Source of the DNA: Mytilus trossulus
Taxonomy: Eukaryota
Assembly (NCBI RefSeq): GCF_036588685.1
Contig: NC_086376.1
Coordinates: 74,813,630 to 74,877,629, forward strand
Direction of reading: 5' to 3'
DNA: 64,000 bases
Part shown: piece after piece, positions 26,789 to 41,400 of the stretch
How the letters are laid out: each line of letters begins with the position of its first letter
Position numbering within the stretch: position 1 is the first letter of the stretch
Notes under the pieces: model-generated
The model's database searches: none
The model's input: the letters and a program-made list of their open reading frames with translations, nothing else
Told to the model about the DNA's origin: nothing
Made by a program: the position numbers and the translations under genes

Positions 26789-29400
26789 ATTATTGAGTTT
26801 TAAGGTTTTCTTATATCTATGAAATTTAGAGATTCTAGTATAGAACTGGGATTTTATGCTATTTTAAAACTGACTTGATAGGTTTTCATTTTTTTTTTTT
26901 TAGTCTATGCTTTTGTCGTTCTTGTATTAAAATTTGGCTGTGTTGAGCGTCTATTTTTGAATCTCCATATACCCTAATACGTTCAGTGATCTTGCTATCA
27001 CATGTCAGGGTAACAGTTGAATTTGTTCACTGGAATATTGAAACAGACAATACCCAATTAATATTTTGACCTGGTTTGAACTTTTATCAGGCCAAACTAT
27101 TTTTGTTTTTCGACCAAAATTGGAAATAACAGAAGCATGTTGGAAGAAGGGTGTAAGATTACATGAAGGGGCAATCAAACGTGTAGTTAAATCAATTACC
27201 GTAATGAAATCACAATGGATTAATACCTACCAGCCGAATTGTCACATTGCCAAGTATGTAATAGACTCAAAAATCCAATTAGGCTATAAAAAAAACATCA
27301 ATAGATCTATAGAACAGGTAAAAAAGCTGTAACTGTAGAAGAAATATATTACATTTTAATTTAGATTATTGCTGATGAATTAGCTGGTATTGGAATATTG
27401 ACAGAATTTCATACATGAATCGATGTACCATGCAACAGTATAAATTAAAAAAAACATGGTACCTGAAAATATGTTATTTTGCCTATTGACAGCTATCTAG
27501 AGCATACATATATTACACGCATTTAGTTTGTAACAGAAGAAACTTAAGAGAGAAATATTTTTAATAATGTGTTGAAATATATACTGAAATTAGGAGAAAG
27601 TTCTAAAAAGTCATTTAAATGAAATACATATTAAATATTTTTATATCTATTGGAGATTTACCAGGCAATGGTTCACTGTTGTTTATAGTGTGAATATTGG
27701 AACATTTCATCCATGTAGAAACAAAATGTCAACTAAACCTCAGATATTATCAATAAGAAAACACTTTTATTGCAGTTTTTTATCTCAACATTTTTCTGAA
27801 GGTTCTTATTGCTTACAACAAGATTGACATTCTTTTGAGCAATGACTTTTTTGGTTCTCTATAAGGTCATCTAAATCGATGGTCTAAGTTTACATTACTT
27901 CCCTTTTTTAATTTTCAAAAATATTTTTTCAATGAACTTGGAAGGTTGTTTATTTGGTCTAAATGAAAAATTAATGTAATGTCAATTCTTCTAATGGATG
28001 ATAAGAATTTAGAGCCATGAAATGTATCTTATCTATCATGGGTAATTTTTTTCATTCGTTATTTATATCAGAATTCAAAGTTTGAATCACTTTTGCAATG
28101 CAGCTGATTGCATGTCCCCCCTTTTTTGAATTTTTAAATGTCTGTTTATTTGATTAATCATGGTCATCTCAGCCATTAACCACTTAGCAATAATGGGTAC
28201 AAAGTAATGCCAAAATAAACTGCACTGTAAATTGTATGTACTGATTTGAATAGATAAAATAGGATACATATTATGGTTCATTAACTTATGGTTCATTAAC
28301 GGGAAAGAAAACCACACAATTAAGATGTCACTTTAATCATACAGCAAACATACAACAAATTAAATTCTGTTCCAGTTAAATTAATTCAAAACTAAGATTT
28401 TGCTTTGAGATTAAAGTTGACAATATAGGTAGGCCTAAATTTTTCATTAGTTAACTTTGTGTGTGTGTGTTTGTGTGTAAGTAGCATTTGCCTTTCTTCT
28501 GATTCACTAAACTGTAATTTAGAGATAACTGTTCAAGTGACATTAACAGATAAAAATTTCTACTCCAACTATTATCACATGTATGTGTGTTTGAGTACTT
28601 TATTAGGAAATAGGAACAAAAAAACTTATATAATTTATGGTTTACTCATCAAAGTAACGTTTTCTCAATTTCCATGAAAATAAACCTAGAAACAATTTAA
28701 ACAGTGACAAACTGAACGTAATGAGAGCTATTGATTTAAAGAAAACGTTTTCTATCAGCTGCTAAACAAACCGGGAATAATATCGTAAAAGGTGTAAATA
28801 TTTGTTTATTATGGGGTGAGTAGTTAGGCTCTGTACACACCTATGTATTTGCTTGTGATTGCACTCTTCATTTATTTCAAGTACAATATCTTATTTACAT
28901 ATTTGACTGATAGTACCTATTGGTAGGGTAAAATATTCCCGTTATATTTGGCGTTTACGAGATTATCTGCATGAGTGGATCTGTATTACAAGTAGTTCAC
29001 AGTGAGTTGGTAATCTGAAAGAACTTATTTATTTTTGTCATAGATGTATTAATATTTGTTGTCAAAAGATCTTGTGTTACAATTATATTTTTTCTGAACG
29101 CTTGGACTAAAGTTCATTGGATTCGAGTTCTGTTGATTGTGTATTAGATGTTTTATTTCTATGCAGTTTGTACTTTTTGTTGAATTGAAAGCTGAAAATT
29201 TAAAGGAAAACATCTCAATACTTTTTTTTCAAATTAAACAAACTAAATAACAAAACATTGATTTCAAAATATTAAACTTTTTTTGTAGGTTTAATGAATT
29301 GAAAATGTTGATAAGGACTTTATAATGTGAATTGTGTGGATGGCGTGATTCACCATGGAAAATATTATCATGTGGATTTGAATCCATTGTGGATTACAAG

Positions 29401-29490
29401 ATGATTGCAGTGGATATACTGGCTGATAAGCTTAAGGACCAGAAACTTGAAGAATGTGCCAAAACTAAGGGAAAATCTCCGATTACATTT
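29401..29490 (+). CDS. FAM53: FAM53 coding exon 1 (MIAVDILADKLKDQKLEECAKTKGKSPITF); exon incl. 5' UTR starts at 29289
   Basis: Acceptor ttttgtag|29289, ATG at 29401 (AAGATGA), donor TTT|gtaagt at 29491. Resembles the FAM53 N-terminal motif. Confidence 0.85.
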
Positions 29491-32400
29491 GTAAGTAACT
29501 TTACAAGTTACTAATACGTATTTAAAAAAATGAATAGTATGTTGGTTTTTTTTAATTCTAAACACGTATTAGATAATATTACATAATGTTGTTCATTTAG
29601 TATCAAATGTATGAGGAAGTTTGGGAATATATGTCAAAATACCATGCTTACTACCGCTTGTACCGACTTCAAAGGTATGTATTAGCTGATGAAGGAATTT
29701 AGTGCATGTTACGTGAAGGAAGGATGCAAGCTTAGTTGATTAATTGTTTGGTTAACATCCAGTGGCAAATATTTCATTTTACAATTAAAACTGGACAAGC
29801 AAATAATATAGTAATTGGAGAACAGGGAATATTATGATAACCTGAGGGCATATAAAGTCTAATAAGATTCCTTATATAGGTTGTTTTATGTGGCTGAAAA
29901 TATTTGTGGTCATCAATGAGATCTCTATCATACATAAGATGTATTTATTACTGTCTAACAGATATCGGTCAGCTATCAGATAAAAATCCCTAGACTAATA
30001 TATGTCATGTTGGTCAGTTATTGTATATCATGAGGACACAAAAAATAAATACACTAAAATAATAAGGATCTGAAGGGCAGGATGGGGTGAAAGGCAGACT
30101 GTAGTACAACTAAAGTCTTGGCAAAACATAAATTCCAAATACTGTTGAACTGTATGCCAATCGTTCATCCACCCTTTATCACACTGCGCAAAATATATCA
30201 GCAATTTTTTTTAAATCAAATTTAGCTTTTGAGGTATGATAGGACAAATTCTCAAGTATTTTATGAGCTAGACAAGTATTTATTGAGTGTTCAAAGATAA
30301 CTTGAAGAGTGATTCTCACAATGTCAACAACTTTTATCAAACATGTCAGAGTAATTTTAACTTAATTGCCCAGTTATTAGTTGTTTGTCACCATAAAAGA
30401 AAAAGAAGGTCACTGTGATCTACTTTTGTTATTAACAGAATAGAAATTAAAGGTTTCACCTGATGTTTCAATTAGTTTGATTTCAAAAGAAACATATATT
30501 CCAGCTTTTTAATGTTCTTATGAAGATTTAAGCGTCATTGTGTTGCTTTTGTTATAAGTAAATATATTTTGTCCTTTTCTATAAAACGCTTTTAAATCAT
30601 AATTGCATTTACCTTTGGGCATCGGTTATTAAAAACATGTACTAAAATTTATGATGTTCCCTATAACTTAGCCACACTATTACCAAAGAACTTAAGTAAG
30701 AGATTTTAGTTGTTTGTTGAAGGTGGAGACCGATTTCATAATGAAGCCATGACTGGACATTTACATTGTAAATTTGTAGTAAAGACTTAACATAAGTGTT
30801 TTGTAATTGTAGATACAGCCAGGAGAAGGGTTTAAATTGTCCAAGAATGCTGAGGCAGCCATTAAAGGCTCAGGTAATGTTATGCCATGATCTAATAATA
30901 GAAAACCTCTGTTTGTAAATATTTCCTTTGGGCCAACAGTATAATCTCTTCTGTTGAGTATACTGGTTGTGGACAAGTATTCAGAAATCAAATCATGGTA
31001 GTAGCAAACAAACAAAATCATATCTGGCTATTTTTCAAGAAACATCAGAAAAAGAGGGAGTTATTGCATGTTTCCTATTTAAAAGGACCCAATTCTTTAA
31101 GTAGGCCAAGATTTTTATTGATTTTTGTGAGAACTAGTCATTATTAGGTGATTTGAGGTAATTCAAAACATATTCTCACTGTTACTTTCATGTAATATTA
31201 TTAGAAAAGAAGCAATAATAATCTAAATTCATTTTAAATGATCATTTTTTTGTATATATATGTTGGTCGGGATTTAGAATGATTATTTTTGGAAGGTATT
31301 TATTATCTTGATTTGAAATTTAATAGTCAGATATCTATTTTAACACCATTACTAGATTGGAAAAATTTCACTCTACTAAGTGCCCCTTAAGATTTGAAGT
31401 TTGAGTAACTATTTTACTGAAAAGGGTCAGCAAGACTGAATAACCCTTTTAATATTAGTTGTCAGATTCCCATTTAAAAGAAATCAAATTTCATACAGAG
31501 TATAAAACCATAGTATTGAAATGGGAAATTTGATGTCAGACTCCCATTAAAAAAAAATGAATTTCATACAGAGAATAAAACCATAAAGAATTGAGAATGG
31601 AAATGTCAAATAGACAACAACCCGACCAAAGAGATTTATTTGCTTACCACGATTTTTATTGTGGACAAGAAATTAAGTACCATACTTATTTTGAATTATT
31701 TTATAAGGTTTAGTGCACTTATCTCTTTTAAACTCTGAAAAGTTATGTCATCGTTGTTTATAATCACTATTCTAAAAAGTGTCCTCCCCAAATTATTAAA
31801 AGCCTAGGTAAGGTCGCTCATTTAAAAATATATATTATCAAATTATTCCTTGCAGGGATTTATCGCCAATGAGCCCTTTTATGTTTCTTTATCTAGTTCA
31901 TCAGAGCGAAAATTGACGTAACAACAAATTTGATCTTCTATAGTAATGTCTTGAAGGGGTATTATTAGAAGTTGAATATAAAATAGAATTAATATCTCCT
32001 TTAGATCACACTGGAGTTGTCAATTCATTTACGTCTATTTCAAAATTGTGTTTAGTCATTTGTCATAGCACAGCGATAAAAATTTAATTTGAATGCATAG
32101 AGATAAAAAATTAAATAGGTATTTAGTCAATTCTAGTTAACAAAGTGCATTTTTATCTATATAAGACCAAAAGACTTTAAGATATAAGTTTTCTAGAGTT
32201 TTTAAGGTTATCTAAGTTTTCTCTGTAATTCAATGAATTTAAAGGCATTCCATCATATTAAATGCGTAGATAGTGCATTTTTTTATAAACGTGTACATAG
32301 AACTAATTGAAAGGAATTATACTTATGTAAAGTCAATTGAAATGATATTGTAAAGATTGTCATTCTGTGCAACAACAAAAAAAAACACTTTTATTAGTGT

Positions 32401-35400
32401 AATTCATCCTGAAGGTTGGTTTTCACTCCCTAACACCATCAGAAAATAAATCCTTCCATTTCTTTTCATTCAATGCTAAATTTTAATATCAATTATTTGG
32501 AACCTAGTTGGTTATTACATTCACAAAATCCTGTGTTAATCCTATTTGAATGTTTTTAAATAGGCTTGACCTATATTGTGTTTGAATTAATTAACGTTAG
32601 CAATAAAGACAATTTCCTGTTAATTTCATGTTCACACATAACACTACAAATTAAACCTGAAATCCATTTTTTTTCAAATGAAAATAATCTAGATTAATGT
32701 GTTCTGTTAAAATCATATCTATTGAATGTAAATAACCATGAAAATTTATAGCTGACATTGAAATATTTTAATTGACTTGGTGTGGTCATTATAGAAATGA
32801 GAGTTATACATGTTGCTGTTTTACAAACCTTTATGAGGGAGAAAAAAAGATTTATCCAAAGTAGTCATCAAAATCTTTATATTTTAAAAATCTATTGTGA
32901 TAACTATACACCTTATTGCTATTTGTCCTCCATTACTGGATATCACAGGTTCCCGTAAAATCTTGACGTCATAAAACAAAATATCTGATGCCACAATGGA
33001 AAAGTGATTGTTGTATGCGTCAAAAGGTCGAGGGGCCGGGTCAGCCGGCCGAATAGGCTAATAGTGATAAGGTGTATTATTAAAGAATAACAAAATGAAT
33101 TTTAAATATTATATTACATCTATTTATGTATAAACGATAGATTTCCTTTTACAGGGAAAAAAGTATGGACGGTTAAATTAAATTCTGGGGACCGAATTTC
33201 TGGTCTTACAAAAACAGAACCTCATTCCATTCGTAAGAAATCTGACGAGGGTCATCATAGGACAGATGGCCGACGCTCATATCATGATGACATTTTATCT
33301 AGAAAAGAGACTAGAAGATCAAGCCAAGACTTACAGAGGAGTAAACTGTCTCCACATAAACAAACAAGTCAGGATATTTGTGAGGATGAATTGTCTCAGA
33401 TCTCAACAGCCTGTGATAACGGGAATTCCGTAGACCCGCCCACCAAAAGACATTGTACTGATGTGACATCAAAATGGCAGCCAAAAGAAACGGAAGTTTG
33501 GAAGCCAATTCCTGTCATTGATAAAGAACATCATTTTAGTCCAGCATTTAGTGATCATTTACACTGTGATATTTTTACACCACCGGAATCTCCCGTACCT
33601 CGTCCACTTTCAGCATCTACATATCCCGGTTGTTATGACAACATGTATAGTCCCATTGGTGCATCATGGCTTGAACAAACAACTTTTAACAAATTCAATG
33701 CTTTTAAAAACCGTAGTCTTTCTTTTGAGGATGAGATTTCGTGTAGTAACGCCTCAGGATCAACTTCATCTGTACAGTTAGTACATCATCATCACCATCA
33801 CCATCATCGTAATAAAATACCTCGGTGTCGATCACAACCTTCAGTTCTCTACGACAGAAAATGTGGTATTAAACGTCGCAGAGATTATGAGCATCGACCA
33901 AAATTAAACTTTCACAAAATGACAGAGGTAATTGTGTAGATTTACTTATTATTAGTCTATCTTTAATAGTATATATACGTGGTAAGTGTCAATGAGACAG
34001 AAAACTATCTTTACTCTACATGTATATAAAATATATTTAAGTTAAATACAGCCTTGACAGTTAAGTTTTGAGTCCACAAGCCCTAACCCCAACTTTTTGT
34101 TTGTTTCTGTTGACTTGTAGAGAATATTTGTACAAGCCTGAATTTAATCTTATGAGCCTGGGCCATAAACTTGAAGTTGTGGTTAAGCGTGAAGACTGTT
34201 AATGTGCTGTTTCTAATAGATATTGCTGATGAATTCAATATTTAAAGATTTCAGTTAAATCGGTCAGCTTACTGCAGCTAAATATGTACTACATGTACTA
34301 TCAAGGCTGCACTTCCCAGTAATTTAAAGAAAATAATCTTAAAATTCTTCTCTTTTTGGGGGGCAAAAGTCATTTATCATTTAAATAGGAGTAAGAATCT
34401 CAGGAATTGCTATGTTTTAACACGTACTTCATACATAATTCATAGGTTATAGATATAGTTTTCCTCTATGTATGTCAGTGTCATTTTTCAAATCAGTTTA
34501 AAGCTCAAACTGATTTTTACAGTTGTTTTGTTCAATATTTTTTTGCTGAATTGAAAGTTCAGGAACCTTTTATAGATAAATTGACTAACAGCAGGATTTT
34601 TGTTAAGCCTTTGTATATTGCAAACATAATCTTGGTTTACTTGATCTTTAAAGGTTGTATGGGTATTAAACAGAGACTGACAAAAATAGGACTTTTGAAA
34701 GAGATTTATTTAAAGAAAGTGTTTTATTTAAAGGCATGCTTATGTAATTGGTATAAATGTTAGGTTTCAAGATTGCACAAGGCTTTACCACAAAATTTCA
34801 CGAATTGTAACCTTTTATATTTTTTTGGATGGAAAATTCATATTTTACAGTCTTGTAGTATTGTAGCCCCCTTTGTGTATGGTTATGGTTTGAAAAGCTG
34901 TCCTTTATACATGTTAAATATTTAATGTCCTTTATACATGTTAAATATTTAATAGAAACAGACTTGGCATTTTGAGTGGAAGTCTCAATTAGCTTATGCT
35001 AGTGACTTGTTATGTATAAAATTTACTCACTCTTTAAATAATTTACCAGCCTTGTATATACATCTTTTGAGTTTAGTGACAGAGGCCCAGACCAATCAGA
35101 GACTTCAGTCACTTCACTCTAATCTATGTCAAACTAATGGTAACCACACAATAATTTAACTGAATCCCAGTTTGATTAAAAGGAGAGGAAGAAACAACTA
35201 TGCAACAAATTAAAAACAAGTCTACTTGTTTGACAGTAAATAAGTTTTGATGTCCATTTTATTGTGTGTAGTTAGTTTTCTGTCTCATTGATATTTGCCT
35301 GATATCTTTTTAAGTATTATTTTTTCTCGTAAGTCTCGTAGTGAATTATATTTTGTCAACTTTTCACCTTTTAGGTGTGTAGCACCTTTGTAAAGACCTC

Positions 35401-38400
35401 TATTATGACCTTTGTGAAATACCTCTAGACTATTATGTAGGTTCACAAGATTTAGTCATTATACATATTATGTGGGAGAGATTTTAACACTTTACCACAC
35501 AAAGACTTTATTAATTTGATCCATTTTCACACTTTTGGATTGAAGTCTAGTTTTTAGACTTTCATAATTGATGAACTCTTACACACAACAAGGGTAGCAT
35601 GATAGCATCCAAGGTCTATGGTATCATAATTTGGCAAATTGCAAAATTTTGATTCAGCAAACTATTTTGTTGTGTTTGAAATAGTATGACAATGAAAGTT
35701 GAACTTGTTTGTGCTTCATATTGATTCTAGAATTGTTTGAAATTGAAATATTGTGACCACACTTTCCTATATTCCTATTTATTTAACTTGAGAAAATTCT
35801 ATAGAAATTATTGGTTACTTAAAATATCTTTTTACCACTGCTTATGTTTAACATTACCAAAGCATATAGATATATAAATAAGAAGATGTGGTATGAGTGT
35901 CAACGAGACAATTCTCCTTCCAAGTCACAATGTATAAAAAAGATAAAAATTATAGTTCAAAGTATGGCCTTTAACACCGAGCCTTTGCTCACACTGATGG
36001 CAAGCTATAAAGGACCCCAAATTGACTATTGTAAAACAATTCAAACAAGAAAACAAACAGTCTAACCTATATATAAAAACCAAGAAACGAAAAAACGCTT
36101 GATGAACCACATCAACAAATGGCAACCACTGAACAAAAGACATGTTCATTTTTATTTCACTTTGAAATTAAAAGATTGAAGCAAGATTTTCACAAGAATG
36201 AGTTAAAAAGAAAGAAGCCTTAGAAGGTCTAATAATATATCTATTGTTGATTCATTTAATTTTATGGGTACCAATTTTCAAAGATTGAGGGAAAATTGTA
36301 TTCATTCTGAATTGAAATGTTGAGGAAGTTTTTCATTGCTGAAAAACAAAATTAAAATGCACAATCTATGCACAGGAACTGTATGATCAAAGGATGAAAA
36401 CATTGGGTGTGAATTAAAACAAAAGCCAATGCATTCCAAACTAAATACATGTATTAAACTTATTGTGCAATTGACAATCAGGAATATTTCCTTGTTCAAA
36501 ATATTATAAAACAAAGGGATGGCTTTTATCATTACAAATCAAATTGAAATATCGGTGAATGGTTTTAAAACAGGTTATTGAATTCATTACAAGAGAATGA
36601 CAAGCCATCATAAAGTTGATTATAATTTCATATATATATAGAGCTATTTTAAAGGAATAAAAAATATTTTACAGTTCAATGTACATTTTTCTATTCAAAC
36701 ATTTAAATTGATTGTAATTTAACTGGTTATACATATAGGAATGAAGAAACCCATAAATAGTTTCTGATCAATAAACTTTGTCCTATTTTCAAACTTGAAA
36801 CCACATGATATTAGTATATACAGTTTTTTGTCAACCTTTGACTTTACTTCAATGTGTATTGCTGTAATGAATATTGATGATTTTGGCTATAAAACTGTGT
36901 CTTTTGTAAATATAAAGCACCAGTATTGAATATCTAAATTGATTGTTTTTCTGCTTGATTTCACGTTTGTGTATATAAACCTTTACATTGAGAAAAATAT
37001 AATTTGATCTTGCAAAAAATTGTCTTGTATTAGGTATAAGGTTCACAAGAACGTTTTTATGTATGTTTTTATGTATTATCGTCCTTATATCTGTTTAAAA
37101 GATCTTTAAAACACAGGTGACACCTTATATGTTTTTGTAAATAATTAATAATGTTTTGTTCTTAAAGTTGAAAAGGATCATTTACTTTTTACGAGTTTTG
37201 TACTATCTGGGGGATTTTTACTATCCTTTTCATTGGTTTTTATGTCGTTGCTTAAAATTTCAACATGCAATAATAGCATGCTTATAGGTAACATATAAAT
37301 ATTGCATGTTACCAACACATACTTAAAATCTAGAACAAGATCTAATGTAGAAAATTGTTTGACTTTTCGCCAAATCTTTTTGCTAAATGTCCATAAAATA
37401 AAGTAAAAAAATATGCACAATTAAAATACCTCAAGATTTTATTCTTCAAAAAGGGAGCTTGTCAGCACTTGTAAGACTTCAGATACATCGCCATTGTTAG
37501 GAGTACAAAAAAAATTGATGAAATGTTTTGCCTAACTTGTCAACTAATTTTGTCCAAGGCTATAGTTATGTGACTAAGGTACATAAAGTATTTTATACAA
37601 AAATAGCATGGATAATGATCATATTTTCTTTCTTCTGATCAAGATGTTACAAACACAAAAAAAAATCTGTTATGAGATAGTTCCACTTGTAGTATTGGGT
37701 AACAGAAATTTGGGTTATAATTGTTAAGAATAAATTCATTGTGGCAGTCAGAATTTGAAAATTAAGACTTGACTCAGTTATATTAAATTCAGATCTCAGA
37801 CTGGATAAATTGAAACGATTATGATATGGTTGACAATGAGAACTATCCATCAAAGACCAAAATGACAGGGATGAGAACAAACTACAGCCATTTAACAATG
37901 AAAACCCTAACTGTAGTGTACAATAAGCTCCCAAGGACTCCGACTGGGAGAAAAAAAATGTGAAACATGTAGAAAAAATACCCAATGGCTTGATCTAAAT
38001 TGAAACATAAGAAAATCAATGGTAGACAACCGACAACAACAACTGCTGGACTAAAGGCTCCTGCTTTAGAACCATTTTCAAATAAGATACCCAAATCTTA
38101 GCGTCTGAAATAATCTTTGTTGATTAAATAAATGGAAATGAGTGAGAGAAAGAGGGAGGGAGGTATTTCACAACCCATTCACTAGCTATCCCAATGAATA
38201 CTCTGAACTACATTTAAATTCAAGGACAGACTGACTTTGCTGATATCATAAATGTCTGAAGCTCATGTTAATGTGGATAAGATAGTGTCAATTTTAACAA
38301 GTATATCACATTGTCCAATACGATGATAAATATGGTCAAGTAAAACGCTTTGACATGTTTATCCACTTTTAATGGTGTATTTAACATATGAACATTGGTC

Positions 38401-41400
38401 ATTTTATTTGAAGAATCAATATTATCTTATCATTTTAAGGCACCATTTAAACTTAAAAGGGCTTAGTTTGTACACATAATATTGACAATAAGAGTCCAGA
38501 AGGTTAACTTTATATGTCAAGATATACTTTGGAACGGTCTACCGATAAATCAGTGACGTGGTTATTTAACTGCACTCTTACAAGTGCTAATATTGTTAGG
38601 TGCTAAATCTTTTAAGATTAGATTATAGTCCAGGGGTTTTATTATTGTATACCTCAATAAAAAAAATACCTTTAATTCAAGTTTCATTTTATTTAGGTAT
38701 TAATTTATTGTTCCTTATTACGCTTTTAAAGATTAAGTGACAAGTGTATTATTTCTTTCGTCATATTTGAATATTTGAAATGAAGACCTACAAAAAAGAT
38801 ATTTAACACACCTGTATAGCTGAATATAGGTTGAAATGAATGCTGAATATTGCATATTATAATAACATGTGAATATCCTCTGGTTGAGATTCAAAGCTAT
38901 TTTGACTTGCTAACAACTAGAAAAATATGTTTATGTCAGAATTTTTTTATTGTTGTTACGTAAAAGTATTCGAATTGAAATGACATCTCTTAAAATGTTG
39001 GATTTTTTTTTTCAGACAGCTTATGAGAAGTTTCCAAAATCAACACCAGTACCTACTTTGGGCAAAGAGGTTTGTATATTATAACAGACTTTTGAATAAG
39101 ATAGATATCTTACATATAGTCCTTAGCCTTTTGACTCGGTCGATATTAAGTTTCTATACAACCTCCGGAAAAAAATTGGGATCGTATAATGGTATGATGT
39201 TGTCGTCCGAAGACACATTTAATTTCTGGACAATAACTTTAGTCCTGGTATCTATGATGACTTTATTTAGTTCAACTGAATGGATCTTTATGAACTTTGA
39301 TAAGATGGTTCAATACCACAAAGGGAAGGTAGGGATTGATTTTAGGGATAATGGTTCCAAATGTTTAGGAATTAGGGGCCAAAACGAGCATTTTTCTACT
39401 TTCGGGATAATAACTTGTGTATAAGTATTTTTCAATTGCTCTGAAATTACACCACAAGTAGAAGGTTTGGATTCATTTTGGGGGTTATGGTGCCAACAGT
39501 TTAGGAATTAAGGGCCAAAAACAAACATTTTGGAGTTTCTGGCCAATACCTTACATGTAAGTGTATGGATCTCTCTGACATTGTACCAAAAAGTTCAATA
39601 TCACAAAAGGAAGGCTGGGATTGAGTTTTGGGGTCATTGTCCAATTAATGTTGAAATTGGGAACCAAAAAGGGCCAAAAACAAGCATTTTTCTAGTTTCC
39701 AGACAATAACTTTTGTTTAAAAGTATGGATCTCTCTGAAATTGTACTACAAGGTTCCCTAATACAAAGGAAAGGCTGGAATTGAGTGTGCGGGTAATTGC
39801 AGAAAGAGGTGATTAAAAACGTTTGGGGGTTCCAATTATTTGCAGGGGTTCAAATTTTTTTTCAAATTTTTTTCAAAGTTACAAGAAAAATCTTCAACTG
39901 CAAGTATTGCGCAATAGATTCATAAGATCTTGACATTTATTTTGTATCAGAAATCTATACTATGTCAAAAATTTAAACACAATCCAAATTCAGACAGTAT
40001 CAAGCTTGAATATTGTGTCCAAATTTGCGCCAGCTGTTCAGGGTTCAACCTCTGCGATGGTATCAAGCTGCACTCAGCGAAGCAATTTAGTAGTGTATGT
40101 ATTTGCATACTTCTTTAAGAATCAGCAATGTAAATTAATGTTTTGGATTGTCAGCAATTTTAGAATTGAATTCATTTAAATAGAAAAATAGAAGGAATTC
40201 AGTTTTCAAACTGATTTGCCATTGAAAATCGTACAGCAAAGGATAATTTGGTATCTCTATTTCCTCATTAACTGAATTTGATATTTTAAATTAAGTTACT
40301 GCTAATCAGAGAGAAATAATTTAAGAAAGCTGTCAGTAATTGTTACTGTCTACTAAATTGATCTTTGAAAAATATTTCAAAGTTGTAAACATAACACTAA
40401 AAGCTACTATCAATCTCAAATCTTAAGGTAGACCAAGGGCACTTATAGTGACTAAGTTAATTTGGTTTCAGTGTTATTTCAAGGATTCATTTATTCAATT
40501 ACAAAATCTGAAGTTGTATGTCAACACGAACTTGTAATTATACAAACTCTGATACCTCATAAAAACTTAAACAAACACACCTACACAACTGTTATTTCCA
40601 CTTATAGTAGGACATTTTTGTGATTTTATTATCAAAATTAGTATATTTTAGATTTTGTTTATCTATTGAAATCTTTTTAAATCATAGATAAAATGAAAAT
40701 TAAGAACGCACGTACTGGTACAGAAAGTAATTTATGATGACTCAACAGTTTTTGTAGTTTTAATTGTATAAATATTATAATATGTCAGCTGTATAGAAAA
40801 AAATGTCATTATATCAGTAAATTACAAAATATGTTTTTGACACAGCTAAGTCGACTTTTGAGTTCAAATATAGATAGATCAATAATAAGCTTAACAGACC
40901 AAAAACTAAATGACTGCTGTGAATATAAATACTTTCCCCATTTGGTTGGCTTGTTGGCATATCTCTTTTTGTGTAATTATAGAAATTCACTATTTATTAT
41001 ACAATCAATTGATGATTTAATAAAACTCAATGTGATAAAATTTGAACTTTTTTCTTTGTCTGAATAATGAATTATTATGAAGACTATGGTTTAAAACTGG
41101 ATGTACTTGTGATAGTTAAGTTGTTTTTTTCAGGACATAATAAAAAAAATCCTTTAAAACAATTGAAGAGAAAAACAAAATAACCAAACAACCATTTTTA
41201 ATGCTGTTTCAAAGTGTTGGTGACCTTCAACATTGAACAAAAGCTCAAATTTAGTTCAGTGTAAACCCTAGCACCATTTTAAGCAGAATTGTTTGCTTTA
41301 CCTTGATAACAGTACTAGAGGAATATAGATGCAAAGTAGAAATTTACAGGTTAATTGGGACTTTCTAACATTTCTTTGCCAATCACACTATTAATTCCTT

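Noticed and set aside
11490-27870. Frequent (A)AGGTCA nuclear-receptor half-sites
   Set aside because: The motif is intrinsic to local repeat families, and I cannot show enrichment over background without counting.
193-28677. Dozens of 60-90 aa ORFs in the first 29 kb
   Set aside because: Low-complexity I/L/F/K-rich translations typical of AT-rich non-coding DNA. No recognisable domains, many with non-ATG starts, several inside repeats.
33155-33181. Direct splicing of FAM53 exon 1 (phase 0) to exon 3
   Set aside because: Gives an in-frame TAA after 8 codons; the 61-nt exon at 30813 is required.
37647-38094. 112-aa and 70-aa antisense ORFs in FAM53 intron 3
   Set aside because: They overlap a decayed family C-like repeat and show no protein features.
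39023-39424. 133-aa ORF
   Set aside because: Out of frame with the real FAM53 exon 4 and runs into a HINE; a chance ORF.
39240-39800. Regularly spaced repeats superficially like a CRISPR array
   Set aside because: Eukaryotic context. The units are degenerate tandem repeats inside a HINE, with no unique spacers or cas genes.
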